From an uncultured virus (IMG/VR IMGVR_UViG_3300031857_013780) (Duplodnaviria; Heunggongvirae; Uroviricota; Caudoviricetes): DNA of 64,000 bases. Both the position numbers and the translations under genes were made by a program. The stretch covers positions 1-64,000 of the IMG/VR virus record IMGVR_UViG_3300031857_013780. The stretch is one strand, 5' to 3'. The notes beneath the pieces were generated by a model. It was not told the DNA's origin, made no database searches, and saw only the letters and a list, made by a program, of their open reading frames with translations. Shown piece after piece: positions 39,197 through 49,189 of the stretch; positions within the stretch are counted from its first letter, which is position 1, and every line of letters begins with the position of its first letter.

Positions 39197-39638
39197 AAAA
39201 TTATACGGAAATATTATAATATTACCTAAAACTTTATTGAAACATCTTGATGATTGTTTTAATTCAGTTCAAGGTGATAATAATACTGAAGGATTTAAAA
39301 GAAACCAAAACCTTAGACAGTCTAAACAAATAACATATCAAGATTTAAAAAGGGTTAAAAATTGGTTTGATGCGTATAGTGGAAAAAAAGAAGACGCCCC
39401 TTTTATTTTGAATGGTGGTGATAGAATGCAAAATTGGGTAAATCACGCACTACAACAAATGAGAGGTAGTGTTAACAATTCAAAAAAAATAAAATCAGAT
39501 GGTGGGATGCAAAATCAGTATTTATCTTCACATGAGAAAAATAGTTTTAATTTAAATGATAAGCACACAACAACCGCAGATGATTTAAAATTGGAGAATG
39601 AAATAATAAGAATAAACAGTTTAATAAAAGTAATTTAA
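39189..39638 (+). CDS. Hypothetical phage protein (149 aa)
   Basis: ITYQDLKRVKNWF..LNGGD..WV; C-terminal LENEIIRINSLI. Confidence 0.7.
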   Translation: MNKKLYGNIIILPKTLLKHLDDCFNSVQGDNNTEGFKRNQNLRQSKQITYQDLKRVKNWFDAYSGKKEDAPFILNGGDRMQNWVNHALQQMRGSVNNSKKIKSDGGMQNQYLSSHEKNSFNLNDKHTTTADDLKLENEIIRINSLIKVI

Positions 39639-39639
39639 A

Positions 39640-39933
39640 ATGGCAGTACAAAGTGATAAAATTGATCTTTCACAACCCGAAAATGAAATGTCAAGAATAG
39701 CGGAAGAACAAAGAAAAAGACTATTCCCAAGAAATGATTTTAAACCAACCGATCAATATTCGGCAGTACATCCTGACGCAATTGCTGATGGTGACGTAAA
39801 TGGTAAAGGTACGGGAGGTGATTTAGATATTTATAACCAAAGGGCCGGATCAAGTGTAGATAGGGCTGAAAGAATTGATGATATAAAAATAAACAAATTT
39901 TCACCTAACAACCCATATTATCAAGTTAGATGA
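39640..39933 (+). CDS. Hypothetical protein (97 aa)
   Basis: YSAVHPDAIADGDVNGKGTG; tightly packed in the operon. Confidence 0.7.
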   Translation: MAVQSDKIDLSQPENEMSRIAEEQRKRLFPRNDFKPTDQYSAVHPDAIADGDVNGKGTGGDLDIYNQRAGSSVDRAERIDDIKINKFSPNNPYYQVR

Positions 39934-40331
39934 AACTAATTAAAACTTTAAAACACGTCATCAACGAAGCGGCATCAATAGACGATGTTAGAAATTCCAT
40001 ACGCAATAAAAAAGTCATGATTATATATTATGATGGTGAAGACAATGGTGGTAAAGGGTATCGAACAATAGAACCGGTATGTTTAGGTGTAAGTAAAAGG
40101 GGTAATTTTGTTTTAAGAGCGTGGGAAGTTGAGGGTTCTTCTTGGAGTGCACAAAATGAAGGTAACATTTTACCCGGATGGAGACTTTTTAGATTAGATA
40201 AAATCTTTACATATAGACCAACTATGGATAATTTTTATACTATGAGACCTAAGTATAACCCTAATGGTGATAAAAGTATGGAAAGGGTCTTTATAAACGC
40301 AAAATTCGACAATGAAGAAAATATAACTTAA
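39930..40331 (+). CDS. Stand-alone WYL-domain protein
   Basis: IYY..G..RTIEPVCLG..LRAW..WRLFRLDKI matches the WYL pattern. Confidence 0.8.
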   Translation: MKLIKTLKHVINEAASIDDVRNSIRNKKVMIIYYDGEDNGGKGYRTIEPVCLGVSKRGNFVLRAWEVEGSSWSAQNEGNILPGWRLFRLDKIFTYRPTMDNFYTMRPKYNPNGDKSMERVFINAKFDNEENIT

Positions 40332-40333
40332 TT

Positions 40334-40948
40334 ATGGCAAATGAAATGGATTTAATGCAAAGACTTGCAGTATCAAGAAAAATAATGGAAAAAACCGAAC
40401 AAATTAAAAGAGGTGATGTAATAAACGTAAACCCATCTGTTCAAAATTTTGAACCGGTAAATGGCACATATAACTTACCAGAAGAATTATTGGCCGAAAA
40501 CGCACAGACAACTTATCACGACCCAACAAGACCTTTAGAACAAGATAGAATTATGAACTCAAAATTACCCGATGAAATAAAAAGACTAATGATTGAACAA
40601 CCAATTGTTCAACCAAACAGCACCGCAGGAGCGACTTTATCAAACGAAGTCATTGAAGGCGCACAAAGATTAATGAAAAAAGAGGGGTTTACTGAACAAA
40701 AACAAATTCCAAAAAAACAAGAAACAAATAAAATTAACGAACAAACGTCAAACACTAATTTATCTGAGATGAGAAATATGATTAGAGATGTTGTGAGAGA
40801 CACAGTTAGAGATGTGGTTAGAGAAGAATTAAAAGATGCGGGTATGTTAGTTGAGTCAACCATTAACACAAATGAAACAATACAATTTAAAGTTGGTAAC
40901 ACTCTTTTTGTAGGTAAAGTAACAAAGATAAAAAATTTAGAAAAATAA
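40334..40948 (+). CDS. Hypothetical protein (204 aa)
   Basis: NSKLPDEIKRLMIEQPI and IRDVVRDTVRDVVREEL segments. Confidence 0.7.
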   Translation: MANEMDLMQRLAVSRKIMEKTEQIKRGDVINVNPSVQNFEPVNGTYNLPEELLAENAQTTYHDPTRPLEQDRIMNSKLPDEIKRLMIEQPIVQPNSTAGATLSNEVIEGAQRLMKKEGFTEQKQIPKKQETNKINEQTSNTNLSEMRNMIRDVVRDTVRDVVREELKDAGMLVESTINTNETIQFKVGNTLFVGKVTKIKNLEK

Positions 40949-40965
40949 GTTTCGTATCATCTGTT

Positions 40966-40998
40966 AAATCCACCTCACAAGGGTGGATTTTTTGTTTT
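40966..40998 (+). terminator. Rho-independent terminator
   Basis: AAATCCACCT-CACAA-GGGTGGATTT followed by TTTGTTTT. Confidence 0.8.
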
Positions 40999-41032
40999 AT
41001 AATCTTTATATTTTACTTAAATAAATTTTTAT

Positions 41033-42244
41033 ATGAGTAAAATTAAAGTATTAGTACTTCCTTCAGACCGTACCGGCGTTGGAAAATTTCGTTCTGTGGA
41101 CCCTCACGTAATGTTACAAAATAATCACGGAGACGATTTTCACGTAGATATAGACTACGACCCAAAAATAAACGATATAAATTATTGGAGACAATACGAT
41201 ATTGTCCATTTTCATAGAAGCATTGGTCAGAACTATGATGCGGCCCCTTCAATAATTCAAAACCTTAATAATTTAGGAATCGTAACTATTATGGATTTAG
41301 ATGATTATTGGTTACCAACAAAAGAACATCCGGTACATCAATTAGTTGTTCAAAACAAATTACATGAAAAAATAATGGCAAATTTAAAAGTTTCTAAATA
41401 TGTAACAACAACCACAAATATTTTTGCTAATGAAATTTCAAAACTTAATAAAAATGTTTTTGTTTTACCAAACGCAATAAACCCTAACGAACCTCAGTTT
41501 CAATCAGAAACATTACAATCAGAAAAGTTAAGGTTTGGTTGGTTAGGTGGGTCTTCACATTTACATGATCTTAAATTATTAGATGGGACAATAAATAAAT
41601 TAAAACCATTAAAAGATAAATTTAGTATGTATCTTTGTGGTTTTGATACCAGAGGAAGTGTTACAGAAATTAATAAACAAACGGGAGAACAAAAACAAAG
41701 ACCTATTAGACCTGAAGAAACTGTTTGGGCAAGATATGAAGAAATTTTTACAGATAACTACAGAATGGTAGATCCCGAACATAAAGATTTTTTAATGAAA
41801 TTTAAAGAAGAAGAATTTGTTTCAAACGAACTACCTTTTTATAATAGAATATGGACAAAACCTGTAACCACTTATGCGTCTAATTACAGATGGTTTGACG
41901 TTTCACTTGCACCAATTAAAAATCATATATTCAATAGAGTTAAATCACAATTAAAAGTCATTGAAGCGGGGTTCTATAAGAAAGCGATTATTGCATCAAA
42001 TGTTGGTCCGTACACAATTGACTTGAAACATTCATTACAAAATGGTAACTTTGTTGATGGAAACGCACTTTTAGTCGATGAAGTGAGAAATGGTGATTGG
42101 TCTAAATATATGAAAAAATTAATTGATAACCCTAATTGGGCTTATGATTTAGGTCAAAGATTATATGAAACAGTTAAAGACACATATGACTTAAATAAGG
42201 TAACAAAAGATAGAGCGGAATTATATAAAACATTAGTAAAATGA
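41033..42244 (+). CDS. Glycosyltransferase, GT-B fold (GT4-like)
   Basis: DLDDYW, VLPNAI, GWLGGSSHLHDL, FNRVKSQLKVIEAG and IIASNVGPY. Confidence 0.8.
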   Translation: MSKIKVLVLPSDRTGVGKFRSVDPHVMLQNNHGDDFHVDIDYDPKINDINYWRQYDIVHFHRSIGQNYDAAPSIIQNLNNLGIVTIMDLDDYWLPTKEHPVHQLVVQNKLHEKIMANLKVSKYVTTTTNIFANEISKLNKNVFVLPNAINPNEPQFQSETLQSEKLRFGWLGGSSHLHDLKLLDGTINKLKPLKDKFSMYLCGFDTRGSVTEINKQTGEQKQRPIRPEETVWARYEEIFTDNYRMVDPEHKDFLMKFKEEEFVSNELPFYNRIWTKPVTTYASNYRWFDVSLAPIKNHIFNRVKSQLKVIEAGFYKKAIIASNVGPYTIDLKHSLQNGNFVDGNALLVDEVRNGDWSKYMKKLIDNPNWAYDLGQRLYETVKDTYDLNKVTKDRAELYKTLVK

Positions 42245-42969
42245 TAAACATACCCATTACAAAAATATTATTCTTGGATATTGAAACTGTCGGTATCTGT
42301 AAAGATTGGTCGACATGTCAAGAAACTAACCCAAAGGTTGCTGAACAATTTGTTAAATACTTTGATTGGTTTTTGAAAAGGTTTCCTGAAGATAATTACG
42401 AAACTGATGGTCTTGAAGAAGAACTACAAAAGATGAACGATGTTTATTCTAAACGTTCGGCACTTGTTCCTGAGTTCGCAAAAATTGTTTGTGTATCAAT
42501 GGCCTTTGTGATGGAAAATGGTGAAATTAAAAAACAAACATTTTCAGGTGATGACGAAAAAGAGTTATTATTACAAGTAAGAAACCTTCTTGACAGATGT
42601 CAAAAGTTAGATTTTTATCTTTGTGGTCATAACTTAAAGAATTTTGACATTCCTATGATGGCAAAAAGGATGATTATTAATGGTATAATGCCATCAAAAT
42701 TATTACCTTCATACGATACAAAGCCCTGGGAAGTTAAAGCAATTGACACAAAAGAAATTTGGCAATACGGAGCATACTCATCAATTGGTTCTTTAGATTT
42801 AGTATGTGCAACATTAGACATACCAACACCAAAAGATGGTGAAGTGAATGGGGGTATGGTACACGAAGCATATTGGCAACACAACAGATTACAAGAAATT
42901 GCAGAATATTGTGAAAAAGATGTTAATGTATTAATAAATTTTATAAAAAAATTAAAAGAATTAAAATGA
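42241..42969 (+). CDS. PolB-like DEDD 3'-5' exonuclease
   Basis: FLDIETV, GHNLKNFDIP and YCEKDV. Confidence 0.85.
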   Translation: MINIPITKILFLDIETVGICKDWSTCQETNPKVAEQFVKYFDWFLKRFPEDNYETDGLEEELQKMNDVYSKRSALVPEFAKIVCVSMAFVMENGEIKKQTFSGDDEKELLLQVRNLLDRCQKLDFYLCGHNLKNFDIPMMAKRMIINGIMPSKLLPSYDTKPWEVKAIDTKEIWQYGAYSSIGSLDLVCATLDIPTPKDGEVNGGMVHEAYWQHNRLQEIAEYCEKDVNVLINFIKKLKELK

Positions 42970-43547
42970 GTGAAGAAAGTATAGAATCGAAATTAAAACA
43001 ATTAGAAAAATTAAATTTAGATATTACAGAAAATAGCGGATTTGATGAATTTTTAAATTCAATTGATGTTGACATGATTAATCAATTTTTTGAAGACTCA
43101 ATGGTTTCAAAATTAGAATTAAAATATAAAAATGAGTCAGAAAATGAAGAACCTGAATATGCATACGAATCTGATTCTGGTTTTGATTTAAGGTCGAGTG
43201 AAGAAATATGGGTACAGGCAAATAATAGAGCACTTATACCGACAGGATTAAGATTTGACATACCTGATGGTCACGAGATCCAAGTTAGAAGTAAAAGTGG
43301 TTTAGCCCTTAATCAAGGTCTTATGGTTTTAAATTCTCCAGGTACTGTAGATAGTGGTTATCAAGGTGAAGTAAAAGTCATTATATTTAATACGACCAAT
43401 GAAAGAATTAAAATAGAAAAAGGTCAAAAAATCGCACAAGCAGTTCTTTGTCCTGTTGTAAATGGAAAGTGGGTAAATTTAGTTAAAGTAGAAGAGATTG
43501 GTGAAAAGGATAGAAACGATAAAGGATTTGGTAGTACAGGTCTATGA
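42966..43547 (+). CDS. dut: Trimeric dUTPase
   Basis: SGFDL, QVRSKSGLA, GTVDSGYQGE, KIAQ and RNDKGFGSTG. Confidence 0.95.
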   Translation: MSEESIESKLKQLEKLNLDITENSGFDEFLNSIDVDMINQFFEDSMVSKLELKYKNESENEEPEYAYESDSGFDLRSSEEIWVQANNRALIPTGLRFDIPDGHEIQVRSKSGLALNQGLMVLNSPGTVDSGYQGEVKVIIFNTTNERIKIEKGQKIAQAVLCPVVNGKWVNLVKVEEIGEKDRNDKGFGSTGL

Positions 43548-45007
43548 TAACAATAGGATTTTCAACAAGACAAGATAATCAAAAATATATTGATTATTTA
43601 ATTAAAACTTCAGGATTTAAAAATGTTGAGGTCATACAAAAAATAAATAACGGATCTAAATCACTTTCTCAAGTTTATAATGAAATTTTAAATGAATCTA
43701 AAAATGATATAGTGGTGTTTTGTCACGATGATTTGGAATTCGACACAAAAGATTGGGGAAAAAGAGTTATTAAACATTTTGAAAAGAGTGATTTTGGAAT
43801 ACTTGGTGTTGCAGGCACCACTGAAATACCTAAAAGCGGTATGTGGTGGGAAGACAAAAGAAAAATGATTGGTATTGTCAATCACAAACACGAAGGCAAA
43901 AAATGGGAGTCAAAGTATTCAAAAAGTTGGGGAGACGAAATAAATGAATGTTGTTTTGTAGATGGTTTATTTATTGCGGTAAACAAAAAAAGATTAAAAG
44001 AAACCTTTGACGAATCGGTTAAAGGATTTCATTTTTATGACGTTTATTTTTCAGTTAAAAACTTTTTACAGAATGTAAAGGTTGGTGTGGTATATAACAT
44101 AAGAATTACACATCTTTCAATTGGTCAAACAAACGAAAGTTGGGAAAATAACAGAAAAGTTTTTGAAGAAGAGTATAAAGAAAGTTTACCTATAAAATCC
44201 AATTTGAATTTAAATTATGTGATTAAAGATTTTAAATTTTTAAAAAAATATAATTTAAAAATAGTGTTATCTTGTGGAGAAGATATTGAATTTGTAAAAA
44301 GGACTATTGAAAAAATTTATTCTTTTAATTTACCAAACTTTGACATTAATTTAATTTCAAATGAAAACAATCAAGATGAAATAAAAAAATTAGAATCAGA
44401 TAAAATAAAAGTTTATGATGGTGTTTTTGATGAGCAATCAAAAAATCTATCAATTTTGAAATGGGAAGATGGTTTTATTGATGAAAGTTACGATCTAATT
44501 TTTTTTATTGATAAAAATGTTGAGATATTAAATAATATTTTTTCTTCAATATGTGAATTATACCATAAAGAAAAACATACGTTTGGTTGTGCTTTTACTA
44601 CATCTATGAATAGTGACTATAGTGTATTCAGTAATAAATTTAATTTGTTTATGAATCAAAATAATCAGGTTAATATGTCAATAGAAGGTAATGGTTCGTT
44701 TTATAATGTAATGAACGGATATCGAGAAAACAAATTAGGTAATTTATCTGACGTTTTTGTTACAACTTATCAAAATTTAATTAACAATGATTGGTTTGAT
44801 ATACAATATGATACCAATATTTGTTATAATGATTTTACAATAAAATGTACAAGTAAAAATCAAAAATGTTTTTGTGATGGTAATTCACTAACAACACAAA
44901 CCTCTTTTAATAATAATGAAGTTTTTGGTCAAGATATTAATAAATTTTTACAAAAAATTATGTCAGACCAAAAAACACAAAGTTTAATAATGGCAGTTAA
45001 TGGTTAA
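43544..45007 (+). CDS. Glycosyltransferase, GT-A fold, with a second degenerate domain
   Basis: VVFCHDDL, DGLFIA and GFHFYD. Confidence 0.8.
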   Translation: MITIGFSTRQDNQKYIDYLIKTSGFKNVEVIQKINNGSKSLSQVYNEILNESKNDIVVFCHDDLEFDTKDWGKRVIKHFEKSDFGILGVAGTTEIPKSGMWWEDKRKMIGIVNHKHEGKKWESKYSKSWGDEINECCFVDGLFIAVNKKRLKETFDESVKGFHFYDVYFSVKNFLQNVKVGVVYNIRITHLSIGQTNESWENNRKVFEEEYKESLPIKSNLNLNYVIKDFKFLKKYNLKIVLSCGEDIEFVKRTIEKIYSFNLPNFDINLISNENNQDEIKKLESDKIKVYDGVFDEQSKNLSILKWEDGFIDESYDLIFFIDKNVEILNNIFSSICELYHKEKHTFGCAFTTSMNSDYSVFSNKFNLFMNQNNQVNMSIEGNGSFYNVMNGYRENKLGNLSDVFVTTYQNLINNDWFDIQYDTNICYNDFTIKCTSKNQKCFCDGNSLTTQTSFNNNEVFGQDINKFLQKIMSDQKTQSLIMAVNG

Positions 45008-45785
45008 AATAGTTTCAGGTTATTCAGATAAAGGAGGATCTACAACCGCGTTTATAAATCTTACTAATTTTTTAAATGAAAACGGTATTGATTGTACTTT
45101 TTATGGCCCACACGAATGGCATTTAAATAAATGTAAATCGGATAAAATTGATAATGTTGTTTATGGAGAAAATGATGTTGTTATTTTTCATTTTTTAGAT
45201 TTAAAAGAAAGACCTAATATAAAAAAATCAATACTTTCATGTCACGAAAAATGGTGGTTTCCTGTAGGAAAAATAAAACAGTACTGGGATACTGTAGTTT
45301 TTTTACATGACCAACATAGAAATTATCATGGAGATTATCATGGTAAGTTTGTAATAATACCAAATATAAAAGAAAATCTTAAATCTTTAGATAAAACTAA
45401 TTTGTCAAAAGTTGCTGGTATTATTGGTACAATTGAAGATAGAAAACAAACGCACGTTTCAATACAAAGAGCATTAAAAGATAAATGTGAAAAAATTTAT
45501 TTGTTTGGTCATGTAGGTGATCAAAATTATTATAACAATTATGTTAAACCACTTTTAATACCTAATAGGGTAATAGAATATGGACACACAACAAATAAAC
45601 AAGAAATGTACGACATTGTTGGTCGGGTTTATCATTCATCTAAAGGTGAGGTTGCTTGTTTAGTAAAAGACGAGTGTTATTTAACAAATACTGATTTTTT
45701 TGGTAATGAAGAAACGGAAAATGAAGTTTCAAAATTAACAAATGAAGAAATATTAAAGTTATGGAAAAATTTATTTGAAGTATGA
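45000..45785 (+). CDS. Putative glycosyltransferase (GT-B-like)
   Basis: GGSTTAF N-terminus, IIPN, IIGTIEDRK and SSKGEVACLV..E. Confidence 0.6.
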   Translation: MVKIVSGYSDKGGSTTAFINLTNFLNENGIDCTFYGPHEWHLNKCKSDKIDNVVYGENDVVIFHFLDLKERPNIKKSILSCHEKWWFPVGKIKQYWDTVVFLHDQHRNYHGDYHGKFVIIPNIKENLKSLDKTNLSKVAGIIGTIEDRKQTHVSIQRALKDKCEKIYLFGHVGDQNYYNNYVKPLLIPNRVIEYGHTTNKQEMYDIVGRVYHSSKGEVACLVKDECYLTNTDFFGNEETENEVSKLTNEEILKLWKNLFEV

Positions 45786-46504
45786 AAATACACGCACATA
45801 TATTAGCATGGAATGAAGAAAAGATTTTACCTTTCACATTAGACTATTATAGTAATATATGTGAAAAAATTTTTATATACGACAATATGTCCACAGACTC
45901 ATCCGATGAAATTTATAAAAGATACTCTAAGGTTGAGGTAATAAAATGGGATAGCGGAGAAAGGTTCAATGATCACTCACATATAGAAATAAAAAACAAT
46001 TATTATAAAAAATATAGTAGGGACAACAATGTTGACTGGGTTATTGTTTGTGATTGTGATGAATTTTTATATCATGAAAATTTAATCGATTTATTAACTG
46101 AATATAAAAATACTGGAGTAACAATACCGTTAGTATGTGGACATGACATGGTAAGTGAAAACTTTCCAACTTATGACGGACAATTACTTACAGACAAAGT
46201 TAAAATAGGGTCAGAAAGATATGAACCTATGTGTAAAAAAATAATTTTTGACCCAAAAATAGATGTTCAATATGGGTTTGGTGCGCACAATATAATGTCA
46301 AATAATTCAGTGTTTTCAAAAAAAGAAGAATTAAAACTTTTACATTATAAATTTTTAAGTAAAGATTACGTAAAAGAACTATACATAAAAAGAGCTAAAA
46401 GGTTATCAGATTTTAATTTAAAAAATGGATTTGGTCGACATTATTTTAATTTACCATTTAAATATATGGACGAAATGTTAAAATCAAATAAACGAGTAAT
46501 ATGA
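45782..46504 (+). CDS. Glycosyltransferase family 2-like
   Basis: WNEEKILPF, YDNMSTD, DCDEF and LLHYK. Confidence 0.8.
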   Translation: MKIHAHILAWNEEKILPFTLDYYSNICEKIFIYDNMSTDSSDEIYKRYSKVEVIKWDSGERFNDHSHIEIKNNYYKKYSRDNNVDWVIVCDCDEFLYHENLIDLLTEYKNTGVTIPLVCGHDMVSENFPTYDGQLLTDKVKIGSERYEPMCKKIIFDPKIDVQYGFGAHNIMSNNSVFSKKEELKLLHYKFLSKDYVKELYIKRAKRLSDFNLKNGFGRHYFNLPFKYMDEMLKSNKRVI

Positions 46505-47325
46505 AAAAAATTTTAATATCCGATTTTACAATAAATGAGGTTCCTCACGGAGGTTCGGAATGGGTCAATCAAGTTTTAATTGAAAATTTTAATTTAGAAT
46601 TTGAATATTCTAATAAAGTAACTAATTTAGATAAAAATAATTTTTACATCATATCAAACATTTCTTTAATGAATACAAATTTAGTTAGGGAAATACCTAA
46701 CTTAAATTACATAATAATAGAAAATGATTACAAAATTTGTCCGTCAAGACATCCTTGGAGGTATCCTGATAACATAATACCTCAACATGACAGAATAAAC
46801 TATGACCTTTATAAAAACGCAAAAGCAGTTTTTGTTCAAACAACCGATCATTTGAATGTTTATTTAAAAAATGATGTTGAAGCAAATTTTATTAATTTAG
46901 AATCTTCTATTTGGTCAGACGATGATTTAAATTTATTGTCCGATTTATTAGAAAAAAATCAAAATAAAAATGGCAAATATGGTGTATATTATACATCTAA
47001 TTGGATAAAAAACACTCAGGGTAATTTAAAGTATTGTAATGAAAATAAATTACAATTTAGTATAATTAAAGAAACAAAAGTAAGAACTGAATTTTTAGAT
47101 AACTTGGCCAAATGTGAAGGTTTAGTTTTTTATCCATTAGCAAGAGAAACTTTTTGTAGGTTAGTTGTTGAGGCTAAATGTTTAGGTTTAAATGTAATAA
47201 CTTCTAAAAATTATGGGGCGTCTTTAGAACCTTGGTTTGATGAATTATCAGGATTAGAACTGATAGGATTTTTAAAAGAAAAAACAAACGAAAATATAAA
47301 TAAAATAAAAGAATATATTTTATGA
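46501..47325 (+). CDS. Putative glycosyltransferase (GT-B-like)
   Basis: GGSE N-terminus and ETFCRLVVEAKCLG (E-x7-E). Confidence 0.65.
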   Translation: MKKILISDFTINEVPHGGSEWVNQVLIENFNLEFEYSNKVTNLDKNNFYIISNISLMNTNLVREIPNLNYIIIENDYKICPSRHPWRYPDNIIPQHDRINYDLYKNAKAVFVQTTDHLNVYLKNDVEANFINLESSIWSDDDLNLLSDLLEKNQNKNGKYGVYYTSNWIKNTQGNLKYCNENKLQFSIIKETKVRTEFLDNLAKCEGLVFYPLARETFCRLVVEAKCLGLNVITSKNYGASLEPWFDELSGLELIGFLKEKTNENINKIKEYIL

Positions 47326-48386
47326 AAACCATAATTACCGTTACAGGTATAAGACCAGATTTTATAAGAATGTCTGAAATATTTAAAAAATTAGATGAAA
47401 ATTTTAATCATATTCTCATACACACAGGTCAACATTTCGATAAGTTACTATCTGACGTATTTTTTGAAGAATTAGAAATTAGAGAGCCGGATTATAATCT
47501 TAATATTGGTGGTAAAGATAAGGAACATTTTCACCAAACCGGAGAATTGTCAACTAAATTAATTGAAACAATAAGAAAAGAAAAATTAAATCCAGATATA
47601 ATACTTTTTTTAGGTGACTCTAATTCGGTTTGTTCTGCAATGTCTTTAAAAAAAGAAGGTTATAAAATTGGACACATTGAGGCGGGTATGAGATCATATG
47701 ACAAGAGAATGCTAGAAGAAATAAATAGAATTGTTTGTGATCATTGTAGTGATTATCTTTTTGTTTATCATGAAAATTACAAACAAAAAGCATTAAAAGA
47801 AAATATTAATAATGATTCCGTATTTGTAGTTGGAAATACCATAGTTGAGGTTGTTAAAAAACACAGACCTAAAGAAAATAAAAAAAATAATAAGATAATA
47901 CTAGACATACACAGACCAGAAAATTTTAAACATAAAAATAGATTGGAGAATATTATTAAATATGCCAACTACTCGTCTAAAGAATACGATATTCCGGTTT
48001 TTATGTTAGGCTTCAAACGCACATTAGAATTTATTGAAAAATATGAAATAAATTTGGGAAATATAAAAGTAATAGATCTTTTACCGTTTAAAAAATATAT
48101 AAGTGAAGTTTATCACTCAAGATTTATAATTTCAGATTCTGGAACCGCACAAGAAGAACCGGCGTTATTAGATACTCCGGTAATTGTCCCAAGAGATTTT
48201 ACCGAAAGACCCGAGTCAATGGATAATAATTGTTCTTTTATGCTTGATGTTAATACTGAGTATAACTATAATTGGTCATCTTCTTTTGCTTGGTTACTAC
48301 TTAACTCAAATAACAGAAGAATTGAATGGTTAGGTGACGGTACAACATCCGAACAAGTAATAAAAATATTAAAAGATAACTTATGA
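47322..48386 (+). CDS. UDP-N-acetylglucosamine 2-epimerase family (non-hydrolysing; WecB/WbjD-like)
   Basis: GIRPDFI, HTGQH, GDSNS, HIEAGMRS, EEINR, HRPEN, DSGTAQEE and TERPE. Confidence 0.92.
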   Translation: MKTIITVTGIRPDFIRMSEIFKKLDENFNHILIHTGQHFDKLLSDVFFEELEIREPDYNLNIGGKDKEHFHQTGELSTKLIETIRKEKLNPDIILFLGDSNSVCSAMSLKKEGYKIGHIEAGMRSYDKRMLEEINRIVCDHCSDYLFVYHENYKQKALKENINNDSVFVVGNTIVEVVKKHRPKENKKNNKIILDIHRPENFKHKNRLENIIKYANYSSKEYDIPVFMLGFKRTLEFIEKYEINLGNIKVIDLLPFKKYISEVYHSRFIISDSGTAQEEPALLDTPVIVPRDFTERPESMDNNCSFMLDVNTEYNYNWSSSFAWLLLNSNNRRIEWLGDGTTSEQVIKILKDNL

Positions 48387-49189
48387 AGATTTCAATAGTC
48401 ACATCTTATTACAATAGAAAAAAACAATTCATAAATACTTTAGAGACTATAAGTAAAAGTAGTGAAATAAATAACACGGAAATAATTGCGGTTGACGACG
48501 CCTCAGATGATAGTGAAAGAATTGAGTATTTAACTAACCTCTACCCTTTTCTAAAAGTAATCAGAGTTAATAAAGAAAATAAGTGGTGGTCAAACCCTTC
48601 AATACCTTTTAATAAAGCAATTAATGAAAGCTCAGGAGACGTAATAATACTTCAAAATCCTGAGTGTCTTCACTTGGGTGACATTTTAAAAAATGCAAAA
48701 GAAAATATAAACGACACAAATTACTTGTCATATTCAGTATATTCAATTAATCATACCACAACAAATAAATTATCAAATTTAAAATATGATGAAAATTTGT
48801 TTAACCAAATAAATGAAATAATAGGTCAAAAAAATAACGTGGGGTTCACTGGAATCGGTCAAGAGTGTTGGTATAATCACCCCATCTATCGCCCATGTTA
48901 TTATCATTTTATTTCAGCAATTAGTAGGAAAAATATTAATATTCTTGGTGGTTTTGATGAGAGATATGGTTATGGTTGTTCATATGATGACGATGAGTTT
49001 TTACATAGAGTAAAATTGTTAGGTTTGGATTTGAAAATAATTGATGAGGTTCATGGTGTACATCAGTGGCATAACACTTATGAAAATAGGGATTTTGAAT
49101 TCCATAACAAGGAGTTAAAAAATAGAGATTTATTCAATAATATAACAAAAAAATTAAAGTCACCTGAAATAAAAAATCAAATTTTATGA
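48383..49189 (+). CDS. Glycosyltransferase family 2
   Basis: SIVTSYYNR, VDDAS, GGFDERY..DDDEF and HQWH. Confidence 0.85.
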   Translation: MKISIVTSYYNRKKQFINTLETISKSSEINNTEIIAVDDASDDSERIEYLTNLYPFLKVIRVNKENKWWSNPSIPFNKAINESSGDVIILQNPECLHLGDILKNAKENINDTNYLSYSVYSINHTTTNKLSNLKYDENLFNQINEIIGQKNNVGFTGIGQECWYNHPIYRPCYYHFISAISRKNINILGGFDERYGYGCSYDDDEFLHRVKLLGLDLKIIDEVHGVHQWHNTYENRDFEFHNKELKNRDLFNNITKKLKSPEIKNQIL

